From Bdellovibrionia bacterium (GTDB taxonomy: Bacteria; Bdellovibrionota; Bdellovibrionia; Bdellovibrionales; JAGQZY01), in NCBI GenBank assembly GCA_030427805.1, contig JAUICP010000004.1, forward strand, positions 350,705 through 414,704: a stretch of DNA of 64,000 nt, written 5' to 3'. Positions 1 to 8,857 of this stretch are shown in pieces. A program made the position numbers and the translations under genes. Every line of letters starts with the position of its first letter. The first letter of the stretch is position 1. Under the pieces are notes generated by a model. That model ran no database searches, was not told the DNA's origin, and saw only the letters and a program-made list of their open reading frames with translations.

Positions 1-129
1 GACCCTCATTTAGGACTTGGTTGGATCCCTGTGGCAGAACTCAAGGAACTACCTGCGAGTAAAGAATCTCAAATCGAGTTCGTTAAAGATCTCTCTCCCT
101 ATAAATGGGTCAAAGAAGTTCTTTTCTAA
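1..129 (+). CDS. 3' end of an upstream gene (last 42 codons only); product unassigned
   Basis: Frame +1 is open from the window edge (DPHLGLGWIPVAELKELPASKESQIEFVKDLSPYKWVKEVLF) and ends at TAA 127-129. It overlaps the stop of the convergent nitroreductase gene by 4 nt. It is too short to name. Confidence 0.3.
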   Translation, partial: DPHLGLGWIPVAELKELPASKESQIEFVKDLSPYKWVKEVLF

Positions 130-884
130 ACCTCTTTAATGAATTCACTACTGGGAAAGCGAAACTGGGAGCCATAAACCCCGTCCTCTGCCCGGTAGCC
201 AGCGCTAATCCCCATAACGATTTCGGCATCTTTAGGTAACTGCAAAATCTTTTTGAGTCTCTTTGAATCCATACCTTCCATGGGACAACTATCGCAGCCA
301 AAGGCCCTGAGACTCAACATTAAATTCTGGCAGGCTAATGCCGTTGATTTCACGGCCCAAATTCGAAGCTGGGCTCGATCTGTAACTTCGCGAGGAGTTG
401 GGGTTTTAAGACCTCTAAAAAAGAGTATGACTTTTTTGAGGTAACCCCAAAGACCAAGAAAGCCAAGACTGTAAACTAGAGGAACAATTTTAGTATAATA
501 AGGTAAAGCCGAATCCGCCCCGTGCTCTTTCAATACCTTAACCATTCTTTGGGCGTGACCTTTCCAAGTGTTAGTTCTCGCAACGGCAACTACGACCTCT
601 GCAGCCGTTGTCACTGCCGGTTGTGATAAAAAAGCTTCATCGATTTTCTTTCGCATCTCCGGGTTGCGAATCCAATAAAACTCCCAAGGCTGCAAATTCG
701 AAGAATTAGGAGCTAACAAAGTCAGTTCCAAACATTCTTTCATAACTTCTTCTGGTATCTTTTTGTCGAGGTATTTTCGCACTGACCGTCTCGACTTGAG
801 GACTTTAACGAACTCCTCAGTATTTATATTTAGGGCTGGTTCCCTGTGGGTATTGGCTCCGAAAACGTCATTAAAATCACTCAT
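126..884 (-). CDS. nitroreductase-family oxidoreductase
   Basis: The ORF 126..1031 was trimmed to the ATG giving MSDFNDVFG. The longer extension would run through the terminator hairpin and the end of the neighbouring gene. Nitroreductase-type motifs are present: RRSVRKY, APNSSNLQPWEF, SQPAVTTAAEVVVAV, CPMEG. Confidence 0.85.
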   Translation of the reverse strand: MSDFNDVFGANTHREPALNINTEEFVKVLKSRRSVRKYLDKKIPEEVMKECLELTLLAPNSSNLQPWEFYWIRNPEMRKKIDEAFLSQPAVTTAAEVVVAVARTNTWKGHAQRMVKVLKEHGADSALPYYTKIVPLVYSLGFLGLWGYLKKVILFFRGLKTPTPREVTDRAQLRIWAVKSTALACQNLMLSLRAFGCDSCPMEGMDSKRLKKILQLPKDAEIVMGISAGYRAEDGVYGSQFRFPSSEFIKEV

Positions 885-923
885 AGGCACTTCCTTATGC
901 CTGTCTTTTAACAAAACAAAAAA

Positions 924-947
924 AGCAGGGCAAGACCCTGCTTTTTC
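924..947 (-). terminator. rho-independent terminator of the 970..1452 gene
   Basis: An AGCAGGG / CCCTGCT stem with a 6-nt loop is flanked by an A-run and a T-run (aaaaaagcagggcaagaccctgcttttt). It lies about 25 nt downstream of the minus-strand stop. Confidence 0.6.
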
Positions 948-969
948 AATATGAAGATATAATGTCAAG

Positions 970-1452
970 TTACTCAGAAACGGAGCTAATTTCTCTCTCT
1001 GGCGATTGCTTTTGCTTGTCGATTGCAGCAATCAGATCCTGAGAAGCCTTTTGACCACAATTGGCAATGTCCGATTGCCCTTTTTCAGAAACAATGTATT
1101 CGCCAATCAGCTTTTTGACTTTTTGCTCGTAGGCACCAGCACCAGAGTACTTATTGTACTTCGTCGGAATAACTCGAGCTTGCTGAACCCTTGATTTCAT
1201 ACACTGACAATAACTATCGGCAAGAAAGGCACTGTTTTTTTCGACAATTTCTTCACTCTTTGCCCCAGCATTGCTGATGACCACTGCAAATTGTTTTTGT
1301 GCCTCCGTAGAGCATGCTTTGATATATTCTTGTGTGAATTCAGCGGGCCACTTTTCGTTTTTAGACTGCTCAATTTCAATTTCTGCAACCGCGTATGTAA
1401 ATACAAAGCGAATAGCCACAAGTGCAACGATCGTAATAATTAACTTCTTCAT
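970..1452 (-). CDS. exported hypothetical protein
   Basis: The N-terminal signal peptide is MKKLIITIVALVAIRFVFTYAVA. There are no recognisable catalytic motifs. The gene has its own terminator. Confidence 0.7.
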   Translation of the reverse strand: MKKLIITIVALVAIRFVFTYAVAEIEIEQSKNEKWPAEFTQEYIKACSTEAQKQFAVVISNAGAKSEEIVEKNSAFLADSYCQCMKSRVQQARVIPTKYNKYSGAGAYEQKVKKLIGEYIVSEKGQSDIANCGQKASQDLIAAIDKQKQSPEREISSVSE

Positions 1453-1642
1453 TTTTCCCCTCTTAAATGATGTTATGTATATTCCCTAGTACCTTGGGGA
1501 GAGGTGCTTCGAATTGAAATGACTGATTTAATAAGATGCGCCTAACCGTTCCCCTACTGTCTGTAAAGCAAGGACCATTCCGCGTAAGGCTTCATTTGTT
1601 CACATAAGGAGTCGAACTTTTAGCTTTCGGCAAAAAGATAAA

Positions 1643-1694
1643 CACTCACTTCAACTGATTCGAAATGAGATTTTCGCTCAATTGAAGTGAGTGA
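1643..1694 (-). terminator. long hairpin terminator downstream of the HPF-like operon
   Basis: A 12-bp perfect inverted repeat, CACTCACTTCAA (1643-1654) / TTGAAGTGAGTG (1683-1694), encloses an inner CGAAA/TTTCG stem. On the minus strand it is followed by a T-rich tract (tttatcttttt). It starts 20 nt after the stop at 1714. Confidence 0.5.
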
Positions 1695-1713
1695 GTATTA
1701 TAAAAGAGGCTAT

Positions 1714-2070
1714 CTAGACTGAGACAGGTCTGGGGTACTTTTTTAGAAGTCGCAATTCTTTCATTGAATAGGTAGCTCGCAGCTCCCTCTTTAATTTTCT
1801 GTAGCTACTCTTTTTGATTTTTTTGAGTACATGAAAGAGGTTTGCGCCTTTTTTTTCAATAAAAATAGGTTCTCCAAGGCCTCTAATTAAAAGGGAGATT
1901 TTAAAGTACTCCCTATTTGGTTCTTCCCTTAGGGCATTGATACTGATTTCAAAATTTCTACCGAATTTTCTTTGGAGTTCCTCGACAAATTCATCCAGAA
2001 TATTCTGAAAGTGTCCTGGAACCCCTTTAGAGTAGTAAGAGTAACTATTTATTGATGTTAATTCTTCCAT
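1714..2070 (-). CDS. small protein with an HPF/YfiA (ribosome hibernation factor)-like sequence pattern
   Basis: The ATG at 2070 is preceded by TAGGAGGTGAGA. The segment FKISLLIRGLGEPIFIEKKGANLFHVLKKIKKSSYRKLKRELR follows the beta-strand / helix / basic-tail layout of HPF-family proteins. The assignment is by eye only. Confidence 0.45.
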   Translation of the reverse strand: MEELTSINSYSYYSKGVPGHFQNILDEFVEELQRKFGRNFEISINALREEPNREYFKISLLIRGLGEPIFIEKKGANLFHVLKKIKKSSYRKLKRELRATYSMKELRLLKKYPRPVSV

Positions 2071-2079
2071 TCTCACCTC

Positions 2080-2403
2080 CTATGCGCTCACTGGTTTCAT
2101 TGGCTCGGATTGAAATCGATGATGTTTCCAATGGGAAAGTTCCATATCGATTTTGCGACCGAGAATATTTAAAGCTCGATCGAGATCCTTACTTTTTGCA
2201 GTACTCGTAAAACATCCCACATTAGAACTTATTCTGAGACTAAAATCGTAAAGGCCACCGCTTCGACAAACGGCCATTGAGAGAAACGAGTTGCTGGGAG
2301 AAGACCAATACACTTTTTCGCAAAAGGCCTCTACCTTTGCTTTTTGCTCAACTTCCTCTACAAATCCTATGTATTCAATTCGACACGATTCACTAAATTT
2401 CAC
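2080..2403 (-). CDS. second HPF/YfiA-like small protein (divergent paralog)
   Basis: The GTG start is preceded by AAGGAGGTGA. The segment FSLRISSNVGCFTSTAKSKDLDRALNILGRKIDMELSHWKHHRF matches the C-terminal half of the HPF pattern (strand, helix with A..D.L, basic K.K tail). Confidence 0.45.
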   Translation of the reverse strand: MKFSESCRIEYIGFVEEVEQKAKVEAFCEKVYWSSPSNSFLSMAVCRSGGLYDFSLRISSNVGCFTSTAKSKDLDRALNILGRKIDMELSHWKHHRFQSEPMKPVSA

Positions 2404-2587
2404 GACTCACCTCCTTGGATTGGGATATAGCCTGATGTTCGGGTGCTATGCATCGTAGCCACTTAGAGTTTTCACCGCTACTCAGTGCCGAAGACGTCGT
2501 CGAAAAAACGAGTGCCAAAGCAATGATCGAAAAATAGAGAAGTAAATTTTTAAAAATGGTATTGAGTGTATAGGATTTCTGATTCAT
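2393..2587 (-). CDS. small exported protein (64 aa)
   Basis: The ATG at 2587 lies 10 nt after a perfect AAGGAGGTGA. The hydrophobic signal-like segment is LLLYFSIIALALVFSTTSSA. The gene overlaps the next gene by 11 nt, which indicates an operon. Confidence 0.6.
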   Translation of the reverse strand: MNQKSYTLNTIFKNLLLYFSIIALALVFSTTSSALSSGENSKWLRCIAPEHQAISQSKEVSREI

Positions 2588-2869
2588 GGCTCTATCACCT
2601 CCTTTTTTTGAAACCAATTTTGAATCAAGAAAAAGATGAAGCTCACATCACCATAGTTCCATTTTGTGAATTTCCCCTTTTCTGTCAAGAGGGTCCCTGT
2701 TTTGAAAACAGATTTTTACAGAACGAACCCGACTTGGGTCTGTGGCACAAATCCTGTAAGTATATAGAATGAAAGGTAAATTCTCCCTTCAAAAAGGGAC
2801 AATTCACCTCGTTTTAAGGGCGTTTTAAAAATAGTCATGGACGTTTTGTCCACGAAGAAGGAGATCAAA

Positions 2870-3319
2870 ATGTATCGAGATATAAGAGGAGCCATGGTTA
2901 AATTCCCTTTTGTTGCGGGACCAGAGATGAGCCTCAGCGGCGCCCTCAGCTATATGAAAGAATGCAACATCCGCCATCTACCGATTATCAAGAACGATGA
3001 AATCATCGGCTTGGTCAGCGAGAGAGATCTTCAGGCAGAAAAGAACCTACCAGATTTTGAAACAAAAACGATTGGTGAAATTGTTCACCAAATTCCTTTT
3101 GTTGTAGGCGAAAATGAATCTCTGCAGTCTGTACTAACGATTATGATACAAAACAAATACGGCTCTGCTCTCGTCATGAATTCACAAGAACAGCTCGTGG
3201 GCATTTTCACCACCATCGATGCCATGCGATTACTTCGAGATTTAATCAATGGTGAAAACGAAAAAATAGAAATTGGGCCGGAGCCCATCCCACTCTTTCA
3301 AGCCCTTGCTTGGAATTAA
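2870..3319 (+). CDS. CBS-domain pair protein
   Basis: I chose the internal ATG at 2870 because it follows GAAGGAGATCAAA. Two CBS-type units are visible: HLPIIKNDEIIGLVSERDL and GSALVMNSQEQLVGIFTTIDAMR. Confidence 0.8.
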   Translation: MYRDIRGAMVKFPFVAGPEMSLSGALSYMKECNIRHLPIIKNDEIIGLVSERDLQAEKNLPDFETKTIGEIVHQIPFVVGENESLQSVLTIMIQNKYGSALVMNSQEQLVGIFTTIDAMRLLRDLINGENEKIEIGPEPIPLFQALAWN

Positions 3320-5139
3320 CGACAACTTCGCTTGTGACGACGCCGATCGAGAAGAATCCTAAACTCTAGGTTCGCTTGGGAGGTGTCGCTATCGAGATTC
3401 TTCGAGTAATAAGCACGGGTTGTTCGGTTTTGGCAGCGACGATCAAAGCCGGCATAAACCTCCCTCGAACTATCGGGCACAAAGCCTGGGGTTTCGTCAC
3501 TTAAACGGCTTCTGGCCCCCACATACACTCGATTGGCATCGTTAAAAGAATACCCAAACTCGGCGTGGCCCGTTTCTCCAAATTGTCGAATAACTATTCC
3601 CACTTCCGTATCAGCGACCCCCTCACCGAGACCAAATTCAAATTGTCCATTGAGGTAAAAGTGATCAAAGACTGGCTGAAAGCCTCCATCGGGTCCAGCA
3701 CTCACATCTTGGAAGTCTAAGTAACCGACCACTCCCGCGTCGCCAGAAACTCTCGTTCCATAGCTCAACTCTTTCTCGGCCTCTACAAAGCCAATAAAGT
3801 AACTGCCCGCTTCGAGAGTTTCGGATTCGTGTTCATTACCACTATTATAACGAAAGTGATTTTGTGCATACTGAAGCTCAACGAGGGTCATGACTCCGGC
3901 CGTGATGTGAGTGGTCTCATTTTGAAAGCGCAAAAGCTCCATTCGGTTTTCAAGGGAAAGGTAAATGGCATCTTGGCTCAGCTGGCCGCCGTTTCGAAAG
4001 GCATCCCTTTGGTATATGGCCAATGAAAACTTGAGTTCATTACTTGGAGACAAAGGGTAAACAAACTGGTGCCCGACACCTTTAATCTGATCTCCGCCCG
4101 CCGTCTCCGCACCGAAGGCAAGGGTTCTGCCGAGGGGCCCCTGAGCGGCAATTTGATAGAGGTTAAAATTGGTACGTGAAGACTTTGCCAGAGTGGAATC
4201 AAAGACGTCCCTCAAAACGCTGTTTACTTCGGTCGGAATCGTTCCTACGGGCCTTCCATCTAATCCATAGACTCTATAGTTAATTCCGGTTTCTATTAAA
4301 CGTCCTCCCTCTTGTAAAAGGGCCGACTCCTGCACGCCTATGGCTGATTGAGTAAAATAATCGTAATTCGCTTTAAGAATTTTCTGGGGATTATCGGGAT
4401 CGGCAACGGCCAAAGTCGCGTGGCTTGCTCCGGGGGTTGAGTAGGCAATAATAAAAATATTTTCTTCTGGAACTCCTAAAGCATTAAGAATCTGCCCTTG
4501 GGCTTTGGAGATATCTCGGCAAACTCCACCTGGAGCTCCATTGGCCAATGAGGCGAACAACTCTTCGATTGTCACAACCCCAACTCCGTTGGCAGCTCGA
4601 TCCACATTGTACTTTTCTAAAAACTGCCCGCCCAACTGCGAAGCAATCAAAAACTTTTCTTCCAGTGAAAGCGATGGTCCTAAGCTCCTAAACTCACGAG
4701 CCCAGTTTTCTGGGTTATCGATCGCGTACTGAACGGCATACTCAGCCTGCACAATACTGCTATCAAGGGATTCACCCGTTAAGTCCTCGGCAAAGAGACT
4801 CAATATGCGGGAGCGTTCTTCGATACCCGCATTATTCCACTCCTCAAGGTACTCTGTTGAGCTGAGGTACTTGCGCTCGAGGGCTTCAAGGTTTTGAATG
4901 CCCTGGCTGCGATAGGTTGATTTTAAAGGACTATTAGCGACGTGTTTCTCGTAACTGTAATAGGCGTGAAATCCACCTTCGTCCCTGGCATCGGCAAGAT
5001 CTCCATAGGTCACTGAAAGTCCGATGCTAAACTGGGTCAAGGGAGGAAAGCGTAAAGGCTGCCCTGCCTCTTCTTGGGAGTGGCTATCAAATGAAAAGGC
5101 AAGAAGTGTAATGAGACAAGTAACTCGCAAAAACAACAT
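3316..5139 (-). CDS. exported 607-aa protein with a possible transglutaminase-like Cys-His-Asp core and a beta-rich C-terminal half
   Basis: The signal peptide is MLFLRVTCLITLLAFSFDSHSQ. The segment GGVCRDISKAQGQILNALGVPEENIFIIAYSTPGASHATLAVADPD resembles a transglutaminase-like core. The C-terminal 250 aa alternate in the manner of beta-barrel strands. Confidence 0.7.
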   Translation of the reverse strand: MLFLRVTCLITLLAFSFDSHSQEEAGQPLRFPPLTQFSIGLSVTYGDLADARDEGGFHAYYSYEKHVANSPLKSTYRSQGIQNLEALERKYLSSTEYLEEWNNAGIEERSRILSLFAEDLTGESLDSSIVQAEYAVQYAIDNPENWAREFRSLGPSLSLEEKFLIASQLGGQFLEKYNVDRAANGVGVVTIEELFASLANGAPGGVCRDISKAQGQILNALGVPEENIFIIAYSTPGASHATLAVADPDNPQKILKANYDYFTQSAIGVQESALLQEGGRLIETGINYRVYGLDGRPVGTIPTEVNSVLRDVFDSTLAKSSRTNFNLYQIAAQGPLGRTLAFGAETAGGDQIKGVGHQFVYPLSPSNELKFSLAIYQRDAFRNGGQLSQDAIYLSLENRMELLRFQNETTHITAGVMTLVELQYAQNHFRYNSGNEHESETLEAGSYFIGFVEAEKELSYGTRVSGDAGVVGYLDFQDVSAGPDGGFQPVFDHFYLNGQFEFGLGEGVADTEVGIVIRQFGETGHAEFGYSFNDANRVYVGARSRLSDETPGFVPDSSREVYAGFDRRCQNRTTRAYYSKNLDSDTSQANLEFRILLDRRRHKRSCR

Positions 5140-5323
5140 TGGAACCCCAAATTCGCTAATCTGTTTAAACCCCAGAGACAGGTCCCCCTTGGACTAGCGG
5201 AGGAGAGAGGCATTGGCAATCTCAATTTGAAACATGACACTCTTTGGAGTCCGGAGTCGATATTCTTTAAATGAAGATAAACGGTTTAATTAGAAACCAA
5301 AAAACCCAGATACACCCTTTCCG

Positions 5324-5361
5324 AAGACTCCTCTGCCCATAGCTTAGGAGTCTTTTTTTTT
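5324..5361 (+). terminator. orphan intrinsic-terminator-like hairpin in the leader of the L,D-transpeptidase gene
   Basis: A 9-bp stem AAGACTCCT / AGGAGTCTT with a 13-nt loop is followed by 8 T residues. There is no plus-strand gene upstream. It lies 184 nt before the ATG at 5545. Confidence 0.5.
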
Positions 5362-5544
5362 GCAAAATATGAATCTTTTGTTTCGGAACTTTCCATTTTT
5401 CTAGTGATTTCGAGCACTTCTAAAGAAGAGTTTACAGAGAATCCCCAATGGCCCAGTAGACTTTTCAAGGCTCTTTTGCCCCTGAGGCCCTCTGTGGTAC
5501 CTCTGACTGGCAAAAACAATCGAGAACAATCAGTTAGGTGGATA

Positions 5545-6174
5545 ATGAAAACTCTAGTTTCAAGTCTTTTAATTACCCTGATCGGTTTGAGTTCAGGCCT
5601 CGCCCTGGCAAACCCAATGGATAAGATTAATCTCTCCAATGTGAGAAATGTTACCGTCCTTATTTACGACGCGAATCGAGACTATCAGAATGCGGATCGA
5701 TCTAAGTTTAGACTCGCAGTTTGGGTCAACGGAGTTTCGAAGGCTGACTATGTCACCCAGTTTACCGCCTCTGTCGGAAAACTCATCGACAACCCAGAGC
5801 GAGGCAAAGAACCTGAGCTCACTCCAGAAGGTGTCTTTTATCCTTCTCCAGGTCGACTTTACGAAGAGTACACATCGAATCAATTCGGTGGAAGGTTTCT
5901 AGGTATCTTCGAAACTGGCGGAATGCCATTTTCAATATTCTTTCACAACGGCTTTGCAATTCACGGATCGCGCTCGACAGTTAATGGAAAACCGGCCTCT
6001 AAGGGCTGTGTCAGATTGCGTGTTCGAAACGCTGAACGACTTTTCAAAGTCGTAAAAGCAGCGATCAGAAATACTGGCTCCCACCGATCAGTGCGCATTG
6101 AAATTAGAGATACCGAATCCAATTATGTAGCCGTCTATCGCGGACCTGAAAAAGACCCGAACAACAACGACTAG
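5545..6174 (+). CDS. L,D-transpeptidase (YkuD domain), exported
   Basis: The ATG at 5545 follows AGGTGG. The signal peptide is MKTLVSSLLITLIGLSSGLALA. The YkuD active-site motif is present: FAIHGSRSTVNGKPASKGCVRLR. Confidence 0.85.
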   Translation: MKTLVSSLLITLIGLSSGLALANPMDKINLSNVRNVTVLIYDANRDYQNADRSKFRLAVWVNGVSKADYVTQFTASVGKLIDNPERGKEPELTPEGVFYPSPGRLYEEYTSNQFGGRFLGIFETGGMPFSIFFHNGFAIHGSRSTVNGKPASKGCVRLRVRNAERLFKVVKAAIRNTGSHRSVRIEIRDTESNYVAVYRGPEKDPNNND

Positions 6175-6220
6175 TACAGTTACTGAAGATAATAATTTTG
6201 TTAGAGTGATAGCCAGATGG

Positions 6221-6979
6221 CTATTGCTCTAAAAGTCGAATCGGTGTCAGTTCTTCCACAGCTCCTTGCTCGTCAATTTGCTGGGTCAGATTTCGCCGAA
6301 AGGGTGGCCCAGTCAACACGGGGCCAAGTACTTGGTGAACTCTTGGGTGATAGGGCATCCTCGAATGTCCCGAATCGATTAAAAAGTTCTGAACGTTGGG
6401 ACCATCCCATTCTCTGCCGTCAAAACCGAGTCCACAGCGACGAAAGTTATAGACTCTGTCCACGTTATCCGGCTGCTGATAAGGCTCTTCTTCGTCCCCA
6501 CATTCCGTTTCTGGTCCGGTTCTTCCGTCCAAACTAACGATCGTATCCACTTCGATGTTTAAAGCCGCTAAATTATTGGCGGCATCAATCATGGATTGTC
6601 CTCCACCTAAACTATGCCCCATCATTGTAATTCGCAAACGGCTTCCATGAATATCACTCCAAGACTGGGCACACCGGGCGATGCGCTCAGGACCGAGCGC
6701 GTGGGAATAACCTCGAATATTAAAATCGGCATCATGAACTTCTTTGATCTTTCGAGCCAAACCGTTGCGGGTATGTCCGATAGGAAAAAGTTCAGCCAAT
6801 TCTCCTGTCAAACCTTCCATAGTAAATACGATATGATGACTTCCTCGATTAAATGCTTCCTGTGCCGCCTTTTCACATGATGACGTAAAAGCTTGCGAAC
6901 CACTTCTTGAATTTGCACTCGACTGGGCACAGAGAGGCATGGCGAGGACCACCAGAAACACACAGATAAAACTTTTCAC
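6221..6979 (-). CDS. exported alpha/beta-hydrolase (lipase/esterase-like)
   Basis: The signal peptide is MKSFICVFLVVLAMPLCAQS. The nucleophile elbow G-H-S-L-G is present within ITMMGHSLGGGQS. Confidence 0.75.
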   Translation of the reverse strand: MKSFICVFLVVLAMPLCAQSSANSRSGSQAFTSSCEKAAQEAFNRGSHHIVFTMEGLTGELAELFPIGHTRNGLARKIKEVHDADFNIRGYSHALGPERIARCAQSWSDIHGSRLRITMMGHSLGGGQSMIDAANNLAALNIEVDTIVSLDGRTGPETECGDEEEPYQQPDNVDRVYNFRRCGLGFDGREWDGPNVQNFLIDSGHSRMPYHPRVHQVLGPVLTGPPFRRNLTQQIDEQGAVEELTPIRLLEQ

Positions 6980-7237
6980 TCTTCTCTCCTAGGTTTAAAT
7001 ATAGCAATTAGAAGACCGGGTCTTGTCCAATCTATCCCCCATAGACTGATCTGAAAGTTATCGAGTGCAAAAAATCTTTTCAATTGAAATGAGCAAAACC
7101 CTCTGTTTTAGGCCCTCTCAGGATTAATATTAGGCCCTGTGCAAATCGATACCGCGGCATTATAACAGACAATTTAATTTGCTCTTAAATCCAAGGACTC
7201 GGTAGCCTTTTTAACGGGACAATTTAAGGAGGGATTT

Positions 7238-7909
7238 ATGAAACTCAAATTAATTCTAATGAGCCTAATACTCACTTTTAGTGCTCAATCGTGGGCGGGC
7301 TTTGGTAAAACCGAAACCGAAAAGTTCGATATACTTTTAATGATCGACGATTCGGGAAGTATGTATTCCTATGAAGCGAATCTTGATCAGTTTTTACCAA
7401 ACATTCTCAGGAATTTTGCAGGCAAAGATGTGCAATTAGGACTACAAACGACATCGAGTCTCTATCAAAACTCTTTAGTCGGTTCTGTCGCGCTAATGGG
7501 CCCAAGTATTTCTGGTGATTTCGATACTATTGTTAGTCACACCCAAAAAATGATTGGCGAATTTAAGTTTGATGGAAGCGCCAATGAAATGTTTTTTAAT
7601 TCACTCGTACCGATTTTGACAGGGCCAGAAAACCAAGGGTTCATGCGCCAAGGAGCTAAACTCATCATATTAATAATTAGTGATGAAGATGACCAGTCTC
7701 CAGAGTCGGCGAAGCAAGTGATCAGTGATCTACTTGAATATAAAAAGTTTGATCAAATTGAAGTTCACGCCATTCACAGTCAAAATCGCATGCATTGCTC
7801 CGGTAGTGAAGTCTCTACTTCTAAGATTCAACAACTTGTTGATATGACCGGAGGACAGAGCTTTGATATTTGCTCTAAATATTGGTCTTCCTATCAAATT
7901 CCACTTTAG
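7238..7909 (+). CDS. exported von Willebrand factor A (vWA) domain protein
   Basis: A GGAGGG Shine-Dalgarno site precedes the start. The signal peptide is MKLKLILMSLILTFSAQSWA. The MIDAS motif DxSxS is present (LMIDDSGSM), as is the vWA strand LIILIISDEDD. Confidence 0.75.
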   Translation: MKLKLILMSLILTFSAQSWAGFGKTETEKFDILLMIDDSGSMYSYEANLDQFLPNILRNFAGKDVQLGLQTTSSLYQNSLVGSVALMGPSISGDFDTIVSHTQKMIGEFKFDGSANEMFFNSLVPILTGPENQGFMRQGAKLIILIISDEDDQSPESAKQVISDLLEYKKFDQIEVHAIHSQNRMHCSGSEVSTSKIQQLVDMTGGQSFDICSKYWSSYQIPL

Positions 7910-7931
7910 GGTTTTGATTCTATGACTATGG

Positions 7932-7972
7932 GGTGCGAACGAGGGAATAAAGCTTGAGTTCGCACCTTTTTT
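7932..7972 (+). terminator. rho-independent terminator of the vWA gene
   Basis: The stem GGTGCGAAC (7932-7940) / GTTCGCACC (7958-7966) is followed by TTTTTT. Confidence 0.6.
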
Positions 7973-8152
7973 CTTGGAAGCGACGCAGATTTAATGTTTG
8001 GTTTTGGTCAAGATCCAGGGCCGGTGGCTCGGAGCCATTTTAAAGGGCTCCAGAACTCTTAAGAAGTGACTTGTAGCTGGGCAATCAGGGGCGAGCGTGC
8101 TATATCGCAGATAAATGAAGTTAAAGGACTAACTCCCCTTTAGAGTAGAACC

Positions 8153-8857
8153 ATGGGGGTTTCTATGATTCGTACATCTGCTGCCAAAATCATTTCTGAA
8201 TTTATTGGGACATTTGCTCTGGTCTTTGCTGGCTGCGGCGCCATCATGGCCAGTCACCAGGGCCAAATATCTGGTGCCATTGCCGTCCCTCTCACTTTTG
8301 GTCTCATTGTGATGGTTATGATTTATGCCTTGGGACATATTTCTGGAGCCCATTTTAATCCTGCCGTTACCATAGCCTTCAGCTTTACTCGCCACTTTCC
8401 AAAGTCTCAAATTCCTGCCTACCTGCTCGCTCAATACTTCGGAGGATTCCTAGCAATTTCACTTTTATCTTTTCTCTTCCCTGGCTCTGAAAACTTTGGA
8501 GCGACCATACCCAGCGTCGATATGCTGAGGGCTTTTATTTGGGAGATCCTTCTTAGCTTCATACTCATGTTTGTGATTATTTCGGTGGCCACTGATACCA
8601 GAGCTATCGGGGGAATTGCGGGCGTTGCGATCGGTTCTACCGTTCTTCTTTGTGCGCTCTTTGCCGGCCCTTATTCTGGCGCTTCTATGAATCCAGCTCG
8701 AAGTTTTGCTCCTAATCTCTTTCAGGGTGAATTGAACACCCTTTGGATTTACACTCTTGGCCCCATCATAGGAGCCCTAATTGCTGCTTTTACCTATGAG
8801 TGGATACGATGCGATGATAAGAAAGAAGACCATCAGGCCGCGAAAGGATGTTGCTAA
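8153..8857 (+). CDS. MIP-family channel (aquaporin/aquaglyceroporin), probably an arsenite-conducting AqpS-type partner of ArsC
   Basis: Both NPA boxes are present (HISGAHFNPAVT and GASMNPARS) and there are six hydrophobic segments. The C-terminal tail is cysteine-rich: RCDDKKEDHQAAKGCC. The stop overlaps the arsC start (TAATG). Confidence 0.9.
   Translation: MGVSMIRTSAAKIISEFIGTFALVFAGCGAIMASHQGQISGAIAVPLTFGLIVMVMIYALGHISGAHFNPAVTIAFSFTRHFPKSQIPAYLLAQYFGGFLAISLLSFLFPGSENFGATIPSVDMLRAFIWEILLSFILMFVIISVATDTRAIGGIAGVAIGSTVLLCALFAGPYSGASMNPARSFAPNLFQGELNTLWIYTLGPIIGALIAAFTYEWIRCDDKKEDHQAAKGCC

Noticed and set aside
2743-2757. Sigma-54 promoter (TGGCAC-N5-CTGT) upstream of the CBS gene
   Set aside because: The -24 element is perfect but the -12 element reads CTGT rather than TTGC. 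No enhancer-binding protein gene is nearby, so the evidence is too weak to call.
5286-5639. 117-aa minus-strand ORF spanning the ldt leader and N-terminus
   Set aside because: It overlaps the signal-peptide coding region of a well-supported gene. It has no Shine-Dalgarno site, and it would read through the plus-strand terminator hairpin.
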